Assembly: GCA_002433485.1 (NCBI GenBank)
Contig: DJIF01000084.1
Location: 61,286 to 125,285 of the forward strand
From: Deltaproteobacteria bacterium UBA6601
GTDB lineage: Bacteria; Myxococcota_A; UBA796; UBA9615
DNA: 64,000 nt
Reading direction: 5' to 3'
Shown: positions 31,817 through 41,173 of the stretch, piece by piece
Layout: each line of letters starts with the position of its first letter
Numbering within the stretch: position 1 is the stretch's first letter
The notes under the pieces: generated by a model
Database searches by the model: none
The model's input: the letters and a program-made list of their open reading frames with translations, nothing else
Told to the model about the DNA's origin: nothing
Translations under genes and position numbers: made by a program

Positions 31817-32803
31817 ATGTCCGCCTGGCAGAGGCTGATCGGCCATCAACGGATCACCCAGGCTCTCAAGCGGGCGGCCGAAAACAACAGTCCCCACCAC
31901 GCTTACCTGATGCTCGGACCAACTGGCATCGGCAAAGACAGTGTCGCTCAGGTGTTCGCACGGGCACTGCTCTGTGGGAGTAGCGGAGAACGTCCCTGTG
32001 ACAACTGCAGTTGTTGCCGGAACACCCTGGCTGGCAGCCACCTGGACCTTCTCAGCCTGGCCCCTGAGCCGCCGTCCCGCAACATCAGCGTCGGCCAGGT
32101 CCGCGAGCTACAACGTCAGCTCGCCTATCGGCAAGCGGGAGTACGGTTCCGGGTAGTTATGATCAACCCGGCCGGAGCCCTGGGCGTCGACGCTCAGAAC
32201 AAGCTCCTTAAGACCCTCGAAGAGCCCCCAGCACAGACCGTTTTGATTCTGTGTGCACTGCATCCAGGCCAGTTGCTCCCCACCGTGCGTTCTCGCTGCC
32301 AAAAGCTCAACTTCGGCCCGGTCGCCAGCGAAGAGATCGAAGCCTGGCTGGTAGCTCAACATGACACGGCCCAGCCAGCGGCTGAGCGAGCTGCCAACGC
32401 CGCCCGAGGCCTGCCAGGGAGAGCCCTGGAGCTTAGCGATCCGGAGCTGGATGAAGCCAGAAGCCAACGACTGGGCAAGCTTGTTGCCTGCATAGAGGGC
32501 GACTCTGAAGCCATTGAACAGCTCCTGGCCCTGGTGCGCGGAAACCGAGAAGAGTCCGAACTCAGTCTTGAGCTACTCGAAGAACTGATTCGAGACGCAG
32601 CAGTACGGGCTAGCGGCGCCACCACCCGGCCCTATCACAGCGAGGTGCAGATCAGTCACGGCCCGCTGACCCTGCTGGGTCTGCCCCGGCTGAGTGAGCT
32701 GGTAGACGACATCGAAGTGGCACGCGGCCGCCTTCGCCGCTCCGTAGACTCGAGCGCACTGGTTGAGGACTTCCTGTTACGCCTGCACGGGGGGGCTGCG
32801 TGA
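31817..32803 (+). CDS. holB: DNA polymerase III subunit delta'
   Basis: HAYLMLGP.GIGK, Zn motif C...PCDNCSCC, NKLLKTLEEPP, LLPTVRSRC; follows tmk. Confidence 0.9.
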   Translation: MSAWQRLIGHQRITQALKRAAENNSPHHAYLMLGPTGIGKDSVAQVFARALLCGSSGERPCDNCSCCRNTLAGSHLDLLSLAPEPPSRNISVGQVRELQRQLAYRQAGVRFRVVMINPAGALGVDAQNKLLKTLEEPPAQTVLILCALHPGQLLPTVRSRCQKLNFGPVASEEIEAWLVAQHDTAQPAAERAANAARGLPGRALELSDPELDEARSQRLGKLVACIEGDSEAIEQLLALVRGNREESELSLELLEELIRDAAVRASGATTRPYHSEVQISHGPLTLLGLPRLSELVDDIEVARGRLRRSVDSSALVEDFLLRLHGGAA

Positions 32804-33192
32804 GCAGGCATTGGCTCAGGCTGTCTCAGACCGAGCTCACCAGGCTGGTCCCAGCCCGCCTGCCGCGCATCAACAAGCGAACTCGCACCGTCAAAGGTGG
32901 TAAGGACAAGGTCGTGGCAGCAGCTATCCTCCACCAGAGCTTCACCCGTCGCGACAAGCGCCAACAAAGAGAGCAGCTGCCAGCGCAACTCTGGGACCGG
33001 GACCTTAGCCGCGAGCCACCGGATTCAGCGGTAGACCTGGCTCCGCTGGTGCGACCGGCATTAGCCATACTTGAAGCCCTGGACCTTAGCTCCAATCAAG
33101 GGCAGAACAACCATCAGAATCAACCCAACCAGAGAGGCCGATATAGGCGCCGAAAACCTGGCCCCGGCCGCTCCCGGAGAGAACAACCATGA
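32800..33192 (+). CDS. Hypothetical basic protein (130 aa)
   Basis: Start overlaps the holB stop (GTGA) and stop overlaps the metG start (ATGA). No motif recognised. Confidence 0.55.
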   Translation: MSRHWLRLSQTELTRLVPARLPRINKRTRTVKGGKDKVVAAAILHQSFTRRDKRQQREQLPAQLWDRDLSREPPDSAVDLAPLVRPALAILEALDLSSNQGQNNHQNQPNQRGRYRRRKPGPGRSRREQP

Positions 33193-34730
33193 GCGAAGGC
33201 TCGTTCTACATCACCACCGCCATCGACTACGTCAACGGCAGCCCCCACCTGGGCCACGCCTACGAGAAGATCACCACCGATGTAATTGCCCGTTGGCGAC
33301 GGCTGCGCGGGGATCAAGTCCGCTTTCTTACCGGCACCGACGAGCACGGGATAAAGGTCGAGCGAACCGCACGTGATGCAGGCCTCACGCCAAAGGACTA
33401 CGTGGACCAGCTGGCACCCAGCTTCCAGCGAGCCTGGGATCAGCTCGACATCAGCTACGACCGCTTCATCCGCACCACTGACCCCGACCACGCGCGCAGC
33501 GTCGTACTGCTGCTTGAGCGCATCCGTGACAACGGCTACCTACGTGAAGGAAGCTATGAAGGTTGGTACTGCGAAGGCTGTGAGGCATTTAAGACCGAAA
33601 AGGACTTTGTGGACGGGCGCTGTCCGGAGCATCCCAACCGCGCGCCTCGCTGGCTGGAAGAAAGCAACCTGTTCTTCGAGCTGAGTCGGTTTACCCAGCC
33701 CCTGTTGGAGCACATCGCCGCCAATCCAAGCTTCATTGAGCCCGAATTCCGTCGCAACGAAGTGCTCGGCCTGCTGCGCGAAGGCCTGGAAGACATCTCC
33801 ATATCGCGCAGCGACGAGAGCGTCAGTTGGGGAATCCCAATCCCGTTCCGAGAAGGGACCGTGATCTACGTCTGGTTCGACGCTCTGATCAACTACCTGA
33901 CTGGAGCAGGCTTCGGCAGCGATGCGGCGTTGTTCGAAGAACTCTGGCCCGCTGACCTGCACATCATCGGCAAAGACATCGGTCGATTTCACTGCATCAT
34001 CTGGCCAGCGATGCTGCTGGCGGCAGGATTACCGCTGCCGCATCAGGTCTTCCTGCACGGCTGGGTACTCACTTCCGGTGAAAAAATGAGCAAGTCGACT
34101 GGCGTATCCATCGACCCCGAAGAGATGGCATCGACCTGGGGGGCTGACCCGCTACGCTACTTCCTGACCTCGGAGGTCAGCTTTGGCCGCGATGGAGAAT
34201 TCAGCTGGAAGCGCTTTGAAGAGGTCTACAACGCTCATCTGGCCAACGGTCTGGGCAACCTCCTGTCACGGGCTACAGGGATGGCCTTGAAGTACTTCGA
34301 TAGCGTGCCCGATCCGAAAGGTCGCAGAGATTCTTTGCTGTCAGAGGTCTGCGAAAAGGCTACCGGCGAAGCCGCTCAGTGCTACGACCGACTGGAGCTA
34401 CACCGGGCCACCGCCGCAGCCTGGCGAATCATCTCCAGCTGTAATGAACAGATCCAACACCGGGAGCCGTGGAAGATGGCCAAGAATCCGGACCAGCGCG
34501 GGGACCTGGCCGAATTTCTCTACGCTGTGCTGGAGTCGCTGCGAATAGCGATGATCTTGCTGAGCCCGGTCATCCCCAACAAAGCAGGTGAGTGCCTGAA
34601 AGCCATGGGCTGCGAGCAGGCCCAGAGCTTCGCCGCTGACTGTCGCTGGGGAGGGCTCAAAGCAGGCGCACCGCTACAGAAGCCTGCACCGCTGTTTCCC
34701 CGTATCGAAGCCAAGGCGCCAGCGAGCTAG
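33189..34730 (+). CDS. metG: Methionine--tRNA ligase (short form, no C-terminal dimerisation domain)
   Basis: YITTAIDYVNG, HLGH, GTDEHG, YVWFDAL, GKDI and KMSKS. Confidence 0.97.
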   Translation: MSEGSFYITTAIDYVNGSPHLGHAYEKITTDVIARWRRLRGDQVRFLTGTDEHGIKVERTARDAGLTPKDYVDQLAPSFQRAWDQLDISYDRFIRTTDPDHARSVVLLLERIRDNGYLREGSYEGWYCEGCEAFKTEKDFVDGRCPEHPNRAPRWLEESNLFFELSRFTQPLLEHIAANPSFIEPEFRRNEVLGLLREGLEDISISRSDESVSWGIPIPFREGTVIYVWFDALINYLTGAGFGSDAALFEELWPADLHIIGKDIGRFHCIIWPAMLLAAGLPLPHQVFLHGWVLTSGEKMSKSTGVSIDPEEMASTWGADPLRYFLTSEVSFGRDGEFSWKRFEEVYNAHLANGLGNLLSRATGMALKYFDSVPDPKGRRDSLLSEVCEKATGEAAQCYDRLELHRATAAAWRIISSCNEQIQHREPWKMAKNPDQRGDLAEFLYAVLESLRIAMILLSPVIPNKAGECLKAMGCEQAQSFAADCRWGGLKAGAPLQKPAPLFPRIEAKAPAS

Positions 34731-34839
34731 CGACCCTCAACGGGCGCAGTACAGAAGCGGCCAAGCGCTACACCCAAGCAAACAGCAGCCAGGGCCCCGA
34801 TCGCAACAGCGCAAGGCCCCTTCAGCGTTCGCGAGTGAA

Positions 34840-35010
34840 CTACTCGCTCTTCTTTTTCTTCGCAGCTGCTTTCGCCGGAGCAGGCTGCTCCTTATGAATG
34901 AGGAAGCTCGGAGTCGTGCCCTTGCTTTGCAGGGCCTTCTTCCGGGCGGCACCCATTCTGGCGCGCTTACGCCGACGAATGCTGGAGGTCTTCTTAGTTA
35001 GGGAAGCCAT
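34840..35010 (-). CDS. Small very basic protein (56 aa), absent from the ORF track
   Basis: MASLTKKTSSIRRRKRARMGAARKKALQSKGTTPSFLIHKEQPAPAKAAAKKKKSE. AGGAG RBS 5 nt upstream and its own promoter. Confidence 0.75.
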   Translation of the reverse strand: MASLTKKTSSIRRRKRARMGAARKKALQSKGTTPSFLIHKEQPAPAKAAAKKKKSE

Positions 35011-35031
35011 GACGTCTCCTGAAGGCGACGG

Positions 35032-35060
35032 AATGTAAAAGGCTCACAGGCTTCTGTCAA
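35032..35060 (-). promoter_or_regulatory. Sigma70-type promoter for the small basic protein
   Basis: On the minus strand: TTGACA (35060-35055), 17-nt spacer, TACATT (35037-35032). Confidence 0.65.
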
Positions 35061-35902
35061 CAGTTGCCTAGCGGGCGGCGATGCTCAATGGCTGGAAGCT
35101 CGCCACGGATCCGCTCTGTGCGACTACCATCAAGGTGTGCAAGCAACAGGCCCGGCTGGTCACTCAGGCTCGCCTGGACAGTGCCCCAGGGGTCGACCAC
35201 CATCGAATGCCCGAAGCTTTCTCTACTGCGATTGTGATGACCGCACTGATCAATTGCCACCACCCAACACTGCTGCTCGATTGCCCTTGCCCTGAGCAGC
35301 AGCTCCCAGTGGGCCCTGCCGGTATGAGCGGTAAAGGCTGCAGGAACCATGAAGACCCGGGCCCCGGCCTGACGCAGCAACTCGTACAGAAGCGGAAAAC
35401 GCAGGTCATAGCAGACAGTGAGGCCAGCTGGGCCAAGGGGGCTGTCGACCACCACCAACTCGTTACCCGGCCGTACCGTGGCGCTCTCGAGAAAGGTCGG
35501 CCCTTCCGTCATGTCAATGTCGAACAGGTGCAGCTTGCGGTAGACCGCCACCAGCTCTCCGGAGGCATCAATCACCGGCGCAGTGTTGTAGACGCGTCCC
35601 GGCTCATCGCTCTGTTCAGCAAAGGAGCCGGCAAAGATCCAGACCCCCAACTGGGCCGCCAGTTCACGCATTGCCGAGACCGAAGGGCCTGCCAGGGTCT
35701 CAGCACCGGCAACCTTAGCGGCATCCCTACCGATGAACGGCCACATCTCCGGAAGGCAGATCACCTCCGCCCCTTGCTGCGCCGCGCTACGCACCATCTC
35801 TCTGACACAAGCGAGGTTGTGCTTCCGGTCCGCTGTCGCACAGATCTGAACAGCGGCAATCAGCACTGCTGGCGCGCCAGCGGCCAAGGCTCCTGACGTC
35901 AC
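35057..35902 (-). CDS. Carbon-nitrogen hydrolase, Nit1 / deaminated glutathione amidase-like
   Basis: Triad motifs LPEMW, YRKLHLFD and VCYDLRFP, plus AHWELLLRARAIE and GHSMVVDPWG. GTGA overlap with the upstream ligase. Confidence 0.9.
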   Translation of the reverse strand: MTSGALAAGAPAVLIAAVQICATADRKHNLACVREMVRSAAQQGAEVICLPEMWPFIGRDAAKVAGAETLAGPSVSAMRELAAQLGVWIFAGSFAEQSDEPGRVYNTAPVIDASGELVAVYRKLHLFDIDMTEGPTFLESATVRPGNELVVVDSPLGPAGLTVCYDLRFPLLYELLRQAGARVFMVPAAFTAHTGRAHWELLLRARAIEQQCWVVAIDQCGHHNRSRESFGHSMVVDPWGTVQASLSDQPGLLLAHLDGSRTERIRGELPAIEHRRPLGNC

Positions 35903-37080
35903 TCAGAGCTCCCTACAATCGGCCGCTCGGCTTCCACGGTCTCTTCTGTCTCCGAACCCTCATAGACCCCCTCACGGGTCTCCTCGACCACGTTGTCAAC
36001 AACCGCAGACAGCTCTCCACCGCTCTCTTCAAAGACGCGCAGTTGCCGCTCCGCCGAGGTGCCATCCTTCAGGATCTTCAGACAATACTCGGCCTCTTGT
36101 CGTGACCCCAACTGGTCAAGCACAGGATCAAGAAAAACCAACAACTCATCGAGAAGGCAAGAGAAATCCACCTCTCTTCGTTTGCCGAAATCAATCAGCT
36201 TGCCGCGAACACCGTGCCGCATGGCACGCCACTTGTTCTCCTCAATGAGCGCGCGGGGATACTGCCGCCAGCCCAGGTTTTCTTCCCGCAACTGGCGCAA
36301 CCGCACCACAATGGCCTGGACCAGAGCAGTGATACAGAGGGTTTCCTCCACCCGAGTCGTCAGATCGCAGATGCGGAATTCAACTGTCGGATATTTATGG
36401 TGCGCTCGAATGTCCCACCAGATCTTGCCAGCGTCCTCGATGCAACCGGTCTCAAGCAACACATCAAGATGACGCTTTAGCTCCTGATGAGAGCGAAACT
36501 TGGACGGGATCCCGGTACGCGGAAAGCGCCGAAAGACCCCCGAGCGGGTCGACATCAAGCCCGACCGCCGGCCCAACCAGAACGGCGAGGACGAGGACAA
36601 CGCCAACAGGTGAGGCAGGAAATAACGAGCCTCATTCATGACCTCCACTGCGGCATCCGGGGTGGGCACCCCAACATGCACATGGAGTCCAAAGATAAGA
36701 TTGCCGCGTGCAACGTCCTGCATGTCATCGACGATCTGCTGATAACGTTTGCGGCGGGTGATGCGCTGGTCCTTCCAATCGGAAAACGGGTGAGTACCCA
36801 TTGCTGCGATGGTCGCCCCGCTATTTTCCGCATCACGGATGATCATCCGGCGCAGCCGACAGACATCGCGGCGAACGTCGGCAATGTTTCGGCATACCGG
36901 CGTGGCGACTTCGACCACGCTCTGATGTAGTTCCGGCTGAAACATCAGGTTCTCGCCAATGGCACGAGCCCCCTTAGCCATCCGCATCAGGGTATGAATG
37001 TGCGACTTCAGAGCGCGCGTCTCCGGGTCAACGATGGCGTACTCTTCTTCAACGCCCAACGTGTATTCGTGATCGCTCAT
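35899..37080 (-). CDS. Carboxylate-amine ligase, YbdK / glutamate--cysteine ligase family 2 (GCS2)
   Basis: TLGVEEE, ELHQSVVEVAT, GTHPF, FGLHVHVG, SSSSPFW, WWDIR and TVEFRICD. Confidence 0.9.
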   Translation of the reverse strand: MSDHEYTLGVEEEYAIVDPETRALKSHIHTLMRMAKGARAIGENLMFQPELHQSVVEVATPVCRNIADVRRDVCRLRRMIIRDAENSGATIAAMGTHPFSDWKDQRITRRKRYQQIVDDMQDVARGNLIFGLHVHVGVPTPDAAVEVMNEARYFLPHLLALSSSSPFWLGRRSGLMSTRSGVFRRFPRTGIPSKFRSHQELKRHLDVLLETGCIEDAGKIWWDIRAHHKYPTVEFRICDLTTRVEETLCITALVQAIVVRLRQLREENLGWRQYPRALIEENKWRAMRHGVRGKLIDFGKRREVDFSCLLDELLVFLDPVLDQLGSRQEAEYCLKILKDGTSAERQLRVFEESGGELSAVVDNVVEETREGVYEGSETEETVEAERPIVGSSE

Positions 37081-37216
37081 CTACTCAGCTACTCCCTCCA
37101 GCCAGGACCAGAACTTCCATGGCCTGATCCTAGCCAAGATCCTAACTGCGATGGGCAATGGGTTCGTCGATTCCCGAAATCAAACGGGCCGACCCACAAT
37201 TCCAGCATCGTCCCCA

Positions 37217-38560
37217 TCAGCTCTCAACCACGAAGGTGGGAACCATCCCACCTCCTGCAGTGACGTTGGCCAGCTCGCCACCGGCGAGCCGGGTCAGGAA
37301 ACCGCCAACTTTCCCCCGAAACAAGAACGGGTCCCGATCAACCAGAAAATCCGCAGTCCCGCCGCTGGCATCCATCAACGGGAAGCTCATGCTGTGGACA
37401 GGAACCCGGCACTGGACCACATGCGGCCTGCGCAGGGCGGCCTCAATGACCTCATCCCAGCGAGCCTCAGACACAGCCCAACCCAGACAAACTCCATGTC
37501 CTCCATAGTCCTCGTCGGGTTTGATCACCAACTCAGAACGATGCGCCCGTACGAAACTGATCAGGTCGACATCGTCGCCTTTTGGGCCCTGCGTTAACCC
37601 GGGTGCCACCAATCGAGTCCAGGGCACATGCTGCCTTATGACCGCCAACTCCTCAGCGCTGAAACGCAGTTCAATGGAAGGATCCGTCAGATAGGCAAAC
37701 AAGCGCTTTCTATGCAGCAGATGAGCGCGAAAGGGGTTGACCATGCAGACTGCTCTTGAAGTCACCGCAGAGGTCAGCGCTGCCACCTCCTGGGGCCGGG
37801 CCAGGCAGTCTTCCAGCAGGACCCTGCGATACACCAGATCGATGCGACGACCGGCGGCATAGAGCCGGCCCGAGCGGTACTCCAAGTCTCTCGGGTCCGC
37901 AACCACCGTGGGATAGCCGACTCGACTGAAGGCGTCAGACAGAAGCCGAAACTCCGCTTCGGTAGGGCTATCCCGCCAATCCACAATGGCAATCCGCGGC
38001 TTACCAGCGCCCCTGCCCCACTCATTGTAGGTCGTAAGCAATGCTCTAAGCAGCACTCCTGTGACCCGCAACGGCCAGACTTCGGCACGCTGCCGTAGGG
38101 TCTTCATAGCGGCAAAGCCATCAAACATGCGTGCCAGGACATCGTGGTATGCGATCCCAGCGGGCGCCTCAGCGTTAAGCTCAACAAAGCTAAACGCTGA
38201 GGATGTGGCAAAGGCATCAAGGCGAGTTGTAATCCCAAGCCGATCAAAGCCAGGATCAATCCGTACCAGGGCCATGGTCTCGGGCGGCAGGTCCAGAACC
38301 TGAGCAGCGTCTTCGGCAGAGAGCAGCCAGGCACGAACCTTACGGATCGCAGTCGCAACCTGACCACAGACCCGCTTGAGTCGCTCGAGTTCGGGCCGCG
38401 ACACAAAAGCGGGCCGCAACACCTTGCATAGCGGCCGATCAGCAAAACTGGCGCCATGCTTGAGCTGCCAGGACTCAAGCGCCGCGCAACCAGGACCATC
38501 GAGCGCAGGATCGCGCCGCACCTCCTCGTCCCACTCCGACAGCAGCTGTTTCATTTCCAT
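37217..38560 (-). CDS. Circularly permuted ATP-grasp ligase (GspS / type 2-like)
   Basis: RLDAF, FVELNAEAPAG, DLVYRRV, MVNPF, VPWTRLV, LVIKP...YGGHGV.LG, VVQ and NVTAGGG, in the permuted order. Confidence 0.8.
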   Translation of the reverse strand: MEMKQLLSEWDEEVRRDPALDGPGCAALESWQLKHGASFADRPLCKVLRPAFVSRPELERLKRVCGQVATAIRKVRAWLLSAEDAAQVLDLPPETMALVRIDPGFDRLGITTRLDAFATSSAFSFVELNAEAPAGIAYHDVLARMFDGFAAMKTLRQRAEVWPLRVTGVLLRALLTTYNEWGRGAGKPRIAIVDWRDSPTEAEFRLLSDAFSRVGYPTVVADPRDLEYRSGRLYAAGRRIDLVYRRVLLEDCLARPQEVAALTSAVTSRAVCMVNPFRAHLLHRKRLFAYLTDPSIELRFSAEELAVIRQHVPWTRLVAPGLTQGPKGDDVDLISFVRAHRSELVIKPDEDYGGHGVCLGWAVSEARWDEVIEAALRRPHVVQCRVPVHSMSFPLMDASGGTADFLVDRDPFLFRGKVGGFLTRLAGGELANVTAGGGMVPTFVVES

Positions 38561-38683
38561 AGCTCAAACTCGATTGTGAAGCATTCCGCCCGCTAACACA
38601 GCACTGTCAATAAGGTTTCTTAGCAACTGCGGCCACAAACTTAAGTTGACCTCACAGCATCAGCGGTGATACCTGGGCTGTAA

Positions 38684-39808
38684 ATGAGCAACACCGTACG
38701 AATTGACGAACGACTCCGCGAACACCTGGAGCGTGGCATCACCCCGCGCCTCGACGAAAACGGGCGCCAGGTCCGCTGCCTGCTCATGTACTCGGGCGGC
38801 CTCGACAGCACCCTTGCCGGCATCCTGCTGCGATTGCAGGGAATCGATGTAGTAGCCATCAACTGCTTCACCGGCTTCTGCCTCACCGACCACAAGCGCA
38901 AGATGGGCCACGAGCGCCGCGATGGCAGCCGATATCAGAATGAGGCCATCGTGGGCGCCGCAGGACTACAGATACCGGTCGAGGTAGTTGACGTTCGAGA
39001 AGGCTACCTCAAGGTCCTCACGGAGCCCAGACACGGCTGGGGCAGCGCGGTGAATCCGTGCATCGACTGCCGCATCCATATGCTGAGCCATGCCAGCCGC
39101 GAACTGCTCGAAGAATATGACGCCCACTTCATTGCGACCGGCGAAGTCCTCGGACAGCGCCCCATGACGCAGATGAAAAGACAGATGAAGATTATCGAGA
39201 GGGAAAGCGGCCTCGAGGGCATGGTCGTTCGACCTCTCTGTCAGGTCGCCCTGGAAGAAAGCATTCCGGAACAAAAGGGCTGGGTCGACCGAGACAGTCT
39301 GCTGGGCATCAATGGCCGCGGCCGCAAGGAGCAGATCCGACTGGCCGAAGCCTTCGGCGTCCTCGACTATCCTCAGCCTGCCGGGGGCTGCTGCTTCCTC
39401 ACCGACGGCAACTATGGGCGCCGCTTAAAAGACACCATTGTCCACCTGGGCGAGAAGGATTTGGATTTCGATGACGTGCTCGTCCTCAAGGTCGGGCGCC
39501 ACTTCAGGCTACCCGACGGCAACAAGCTGATCGTAGGCCGTAATCAGGAGGAAAACGAGCTACTCCGCAGCTACTGGCACCTGGGCCTGTTCCTGGCAGT
39601 AAACGGGCACCCAGGCCCGCTGGCTCTGTACCTTGGCCGCCCCGAGAGCGACGACCTGGACCTGGCGCTGCGCATTGTTGCTCGCTACTCCGACTGTCCC
39701 GCAGATGAGGAAGTCCAACTCCGCATGATGAGTGGGGAAGACGTCACAGGCACCCGCCCCGCCACACCTTGCAGCCGGGGTGACGAGCGCGCCTGGCAGA
39801 TTCTCTAA
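38684..39808 (+). CDS. PP-loop ATPase of the ThiI/MnmA-like tRNA sulfurtransferase group with C-terminal extension
   Basis: SGGLDS, NPCIDC, TGEVLGQRPM, PAGGCCFLTD and KVGRHFR. Confidence 0.75.
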   Translation: MSNTVRIDERLREHLERGITPRLDENGRQVRCLLMYSGGLDSTLAGILLRLQGIDVVAINCFTGFCLTDHKRKMGHERRDGSRYQNEAIVGAAGLQIPVEVVDVREGYLKVLTEPRHGWGSAVNPCIDCRIHMLSHASRELLEEYDAHFIATGEVLGQRPMTQMKRQMKIIERESGLEGMVVRPLCQVALEESIPEQKGWVDRDSLLGINGRGRKEQIRLAEAFGVLDYPQPAGGCCFLTDGNYGRRLKDTIVHLGEKDLDFDDVLVLKVGRHFRLPDGNKLIVGRNQEENELLRSYWHLGLFLAVNGHPGPLALYLGRPESDDLDLALRIVARYSDCPADEEVQLRMMSGEDVTGTRPATPCSRGDERAWQIL

Positions 39809-39829
39809 GACCGGCGCGCGCCAGCAGCC

Positions 39830-41158
39830 TCAAGACAGCCCCAAACCAAGCTGGCGACGGACATCGCCGACCAGATACAGGGAACCAGCAACCAGCAACT
39901 CATCTTCGGGTCCCAGCTCACTGAGCAGCCGCTCGAGCGCGATCGAGACAGTCGGTTGGTGCTCGATGGCAAGCCCGCCCTGCACATCTCGCAGAGCCCT
40001 GGCCAATATTTCAGGTGCAGCAAACCGATCGCTACTGGTACCTGCCGTACACACCACTTGATCAACATGAGGCAACAGCGCTGCGGCGACCCCAACTTGC
40101 TCCTTATCCGCCATCGACGCGAACAGCCAGATCCTACGCTGCGGTCTCGGGCGGGCTGCCAGTGTGGCTGCGAGGGTGGCAGCCCCCGCCGGATTGTGGG
40201 CACCATCAAGCAGCACCCGGCCACCTGCCGAAAGTACGAGTTCTTCAAGCCGTCCAGCCAGGCTCGCACCGGCGAGGCCTCGCACCAGCTGCTCTGATTG
40301 CGGCAGCGAGCGACCGGTGACCGCGCAGAGTTCCTCAACAATCGCCAGCGCACAGGCCGCATTCTGTCCCTGGTGCCACCCTGCCAGGCCAAGCCCCCCC
40401 CGCAACTGCAGCCGCTGACTGCGGTAACAAAACTCACCACGGGCCATGCTCCATTGAAAGTCCTGTCCAATGACTGAGACAGAAGCCCCAGCCAGCTCCG
40501 CCTCCCTGCGCAGCACCGTGAGCCGATCCTCACGAGACTCACCGAGCACCATGGGCCGACCCGCTACCGCAATCCGAGCTTTAGTCGCGGCAATATCAGC
40601 CAAATCACTACCGAGAAACTTCTGATGGTCCAAGTCCACAGAGACCACCGCTGTAACCTTCGGGTCGCAGGCTCTGGTCGCGTCAAATTCACCACCCATT
40701 CCCACTTCAACCACTGCAGCATCAACCCGCTGCTCCCGAAACCAAGACATGGCGAGCAGCACCCCGAGCTCGAAAAACGTAAAAGATCCAAGCTCCGGGT
40801 CCTCCTCGATGAGAGGGCGCAAGGAAAGCGCCAGGCGGTCCAGTGCCTCTGGGCTGATCAATTCTCCCGCTACGGAAAACCGTTCTCGATAGCTGACCAG
40901 ATGCGGTGAGGTGGTAGCGCCAACCCGCCAACCACCGCTGGACAGCAGCGAGCGAACAAAGGCCACTGTTGAGCCCTTGCCGTTAGTGCCACCCACCAGA
41001 ACGCTGGGGAAGGAGGCCTGCGGGTCAGCGGCCAGGGCAAGGGCGCGGCGGATGTTGCCCAAGCCCAGCTTCACCCCGCGAGACTGCACCTGCTCGAGCC
41101 ACGAGCTGAGAGCAGGCCCTACGAAGAACGGTTCCCGGCCGCCAAGCTGAGACACCAA
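39830..41158 (-). CDS. folC: Folylpolyglutamate synthase / dihydrofolate synthase
   Basis: GTNGKGST, TSPHL..YRER, VEVGMGG..DAT, DHQKFLG and LDGAHNP. Confidence 0.93.
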   Translation of the reverse strand: MVSQLGGREPFFVGPALSSWLEQVQSRGVKLGLGNIRRALALAADPQASFPSVLVGGTNGKGSTVAFVRSLLSSGGWRVGATTSPHLVSYRERFSVAGELISPEALDRLALSLRPLIEEDPELGSFTFFELGVLLAMSWFREQRVDAAVVEVGMGGEFDATRACDPKVTAVVSVDLDHQKFLGSDLADIAATKARIAVAGRPMVLGESREDRLTVLRREAELAGASVSVIGQDFQWSMARGEFCYRSQRLQLRGGLGLAGWHQGQNAACALAIVEELCAVTGRSLPQSEQLVRGLAGASLAGRLEELVLSAGGRVLLDGAHNPAGAATLAATLAARPRPQRRIWLFASMADKEQVGVAAALLPHVDQVVCTAGTSSDRFAAPEILARALRDVQGGLAIEHQPTVSIALERLLSELGPEDELLVAGSLYLVGDVRRQLGLGLS

Positions 41159-41173
41159 CGTTTCGTCTACTGA

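Noticed and set aside
34737-34952. Track ORF of 71 aa
   Set aside because: It has no RBS. The overlapping 34840-35010 frame has an RBS, a promoter and a coherent composition.
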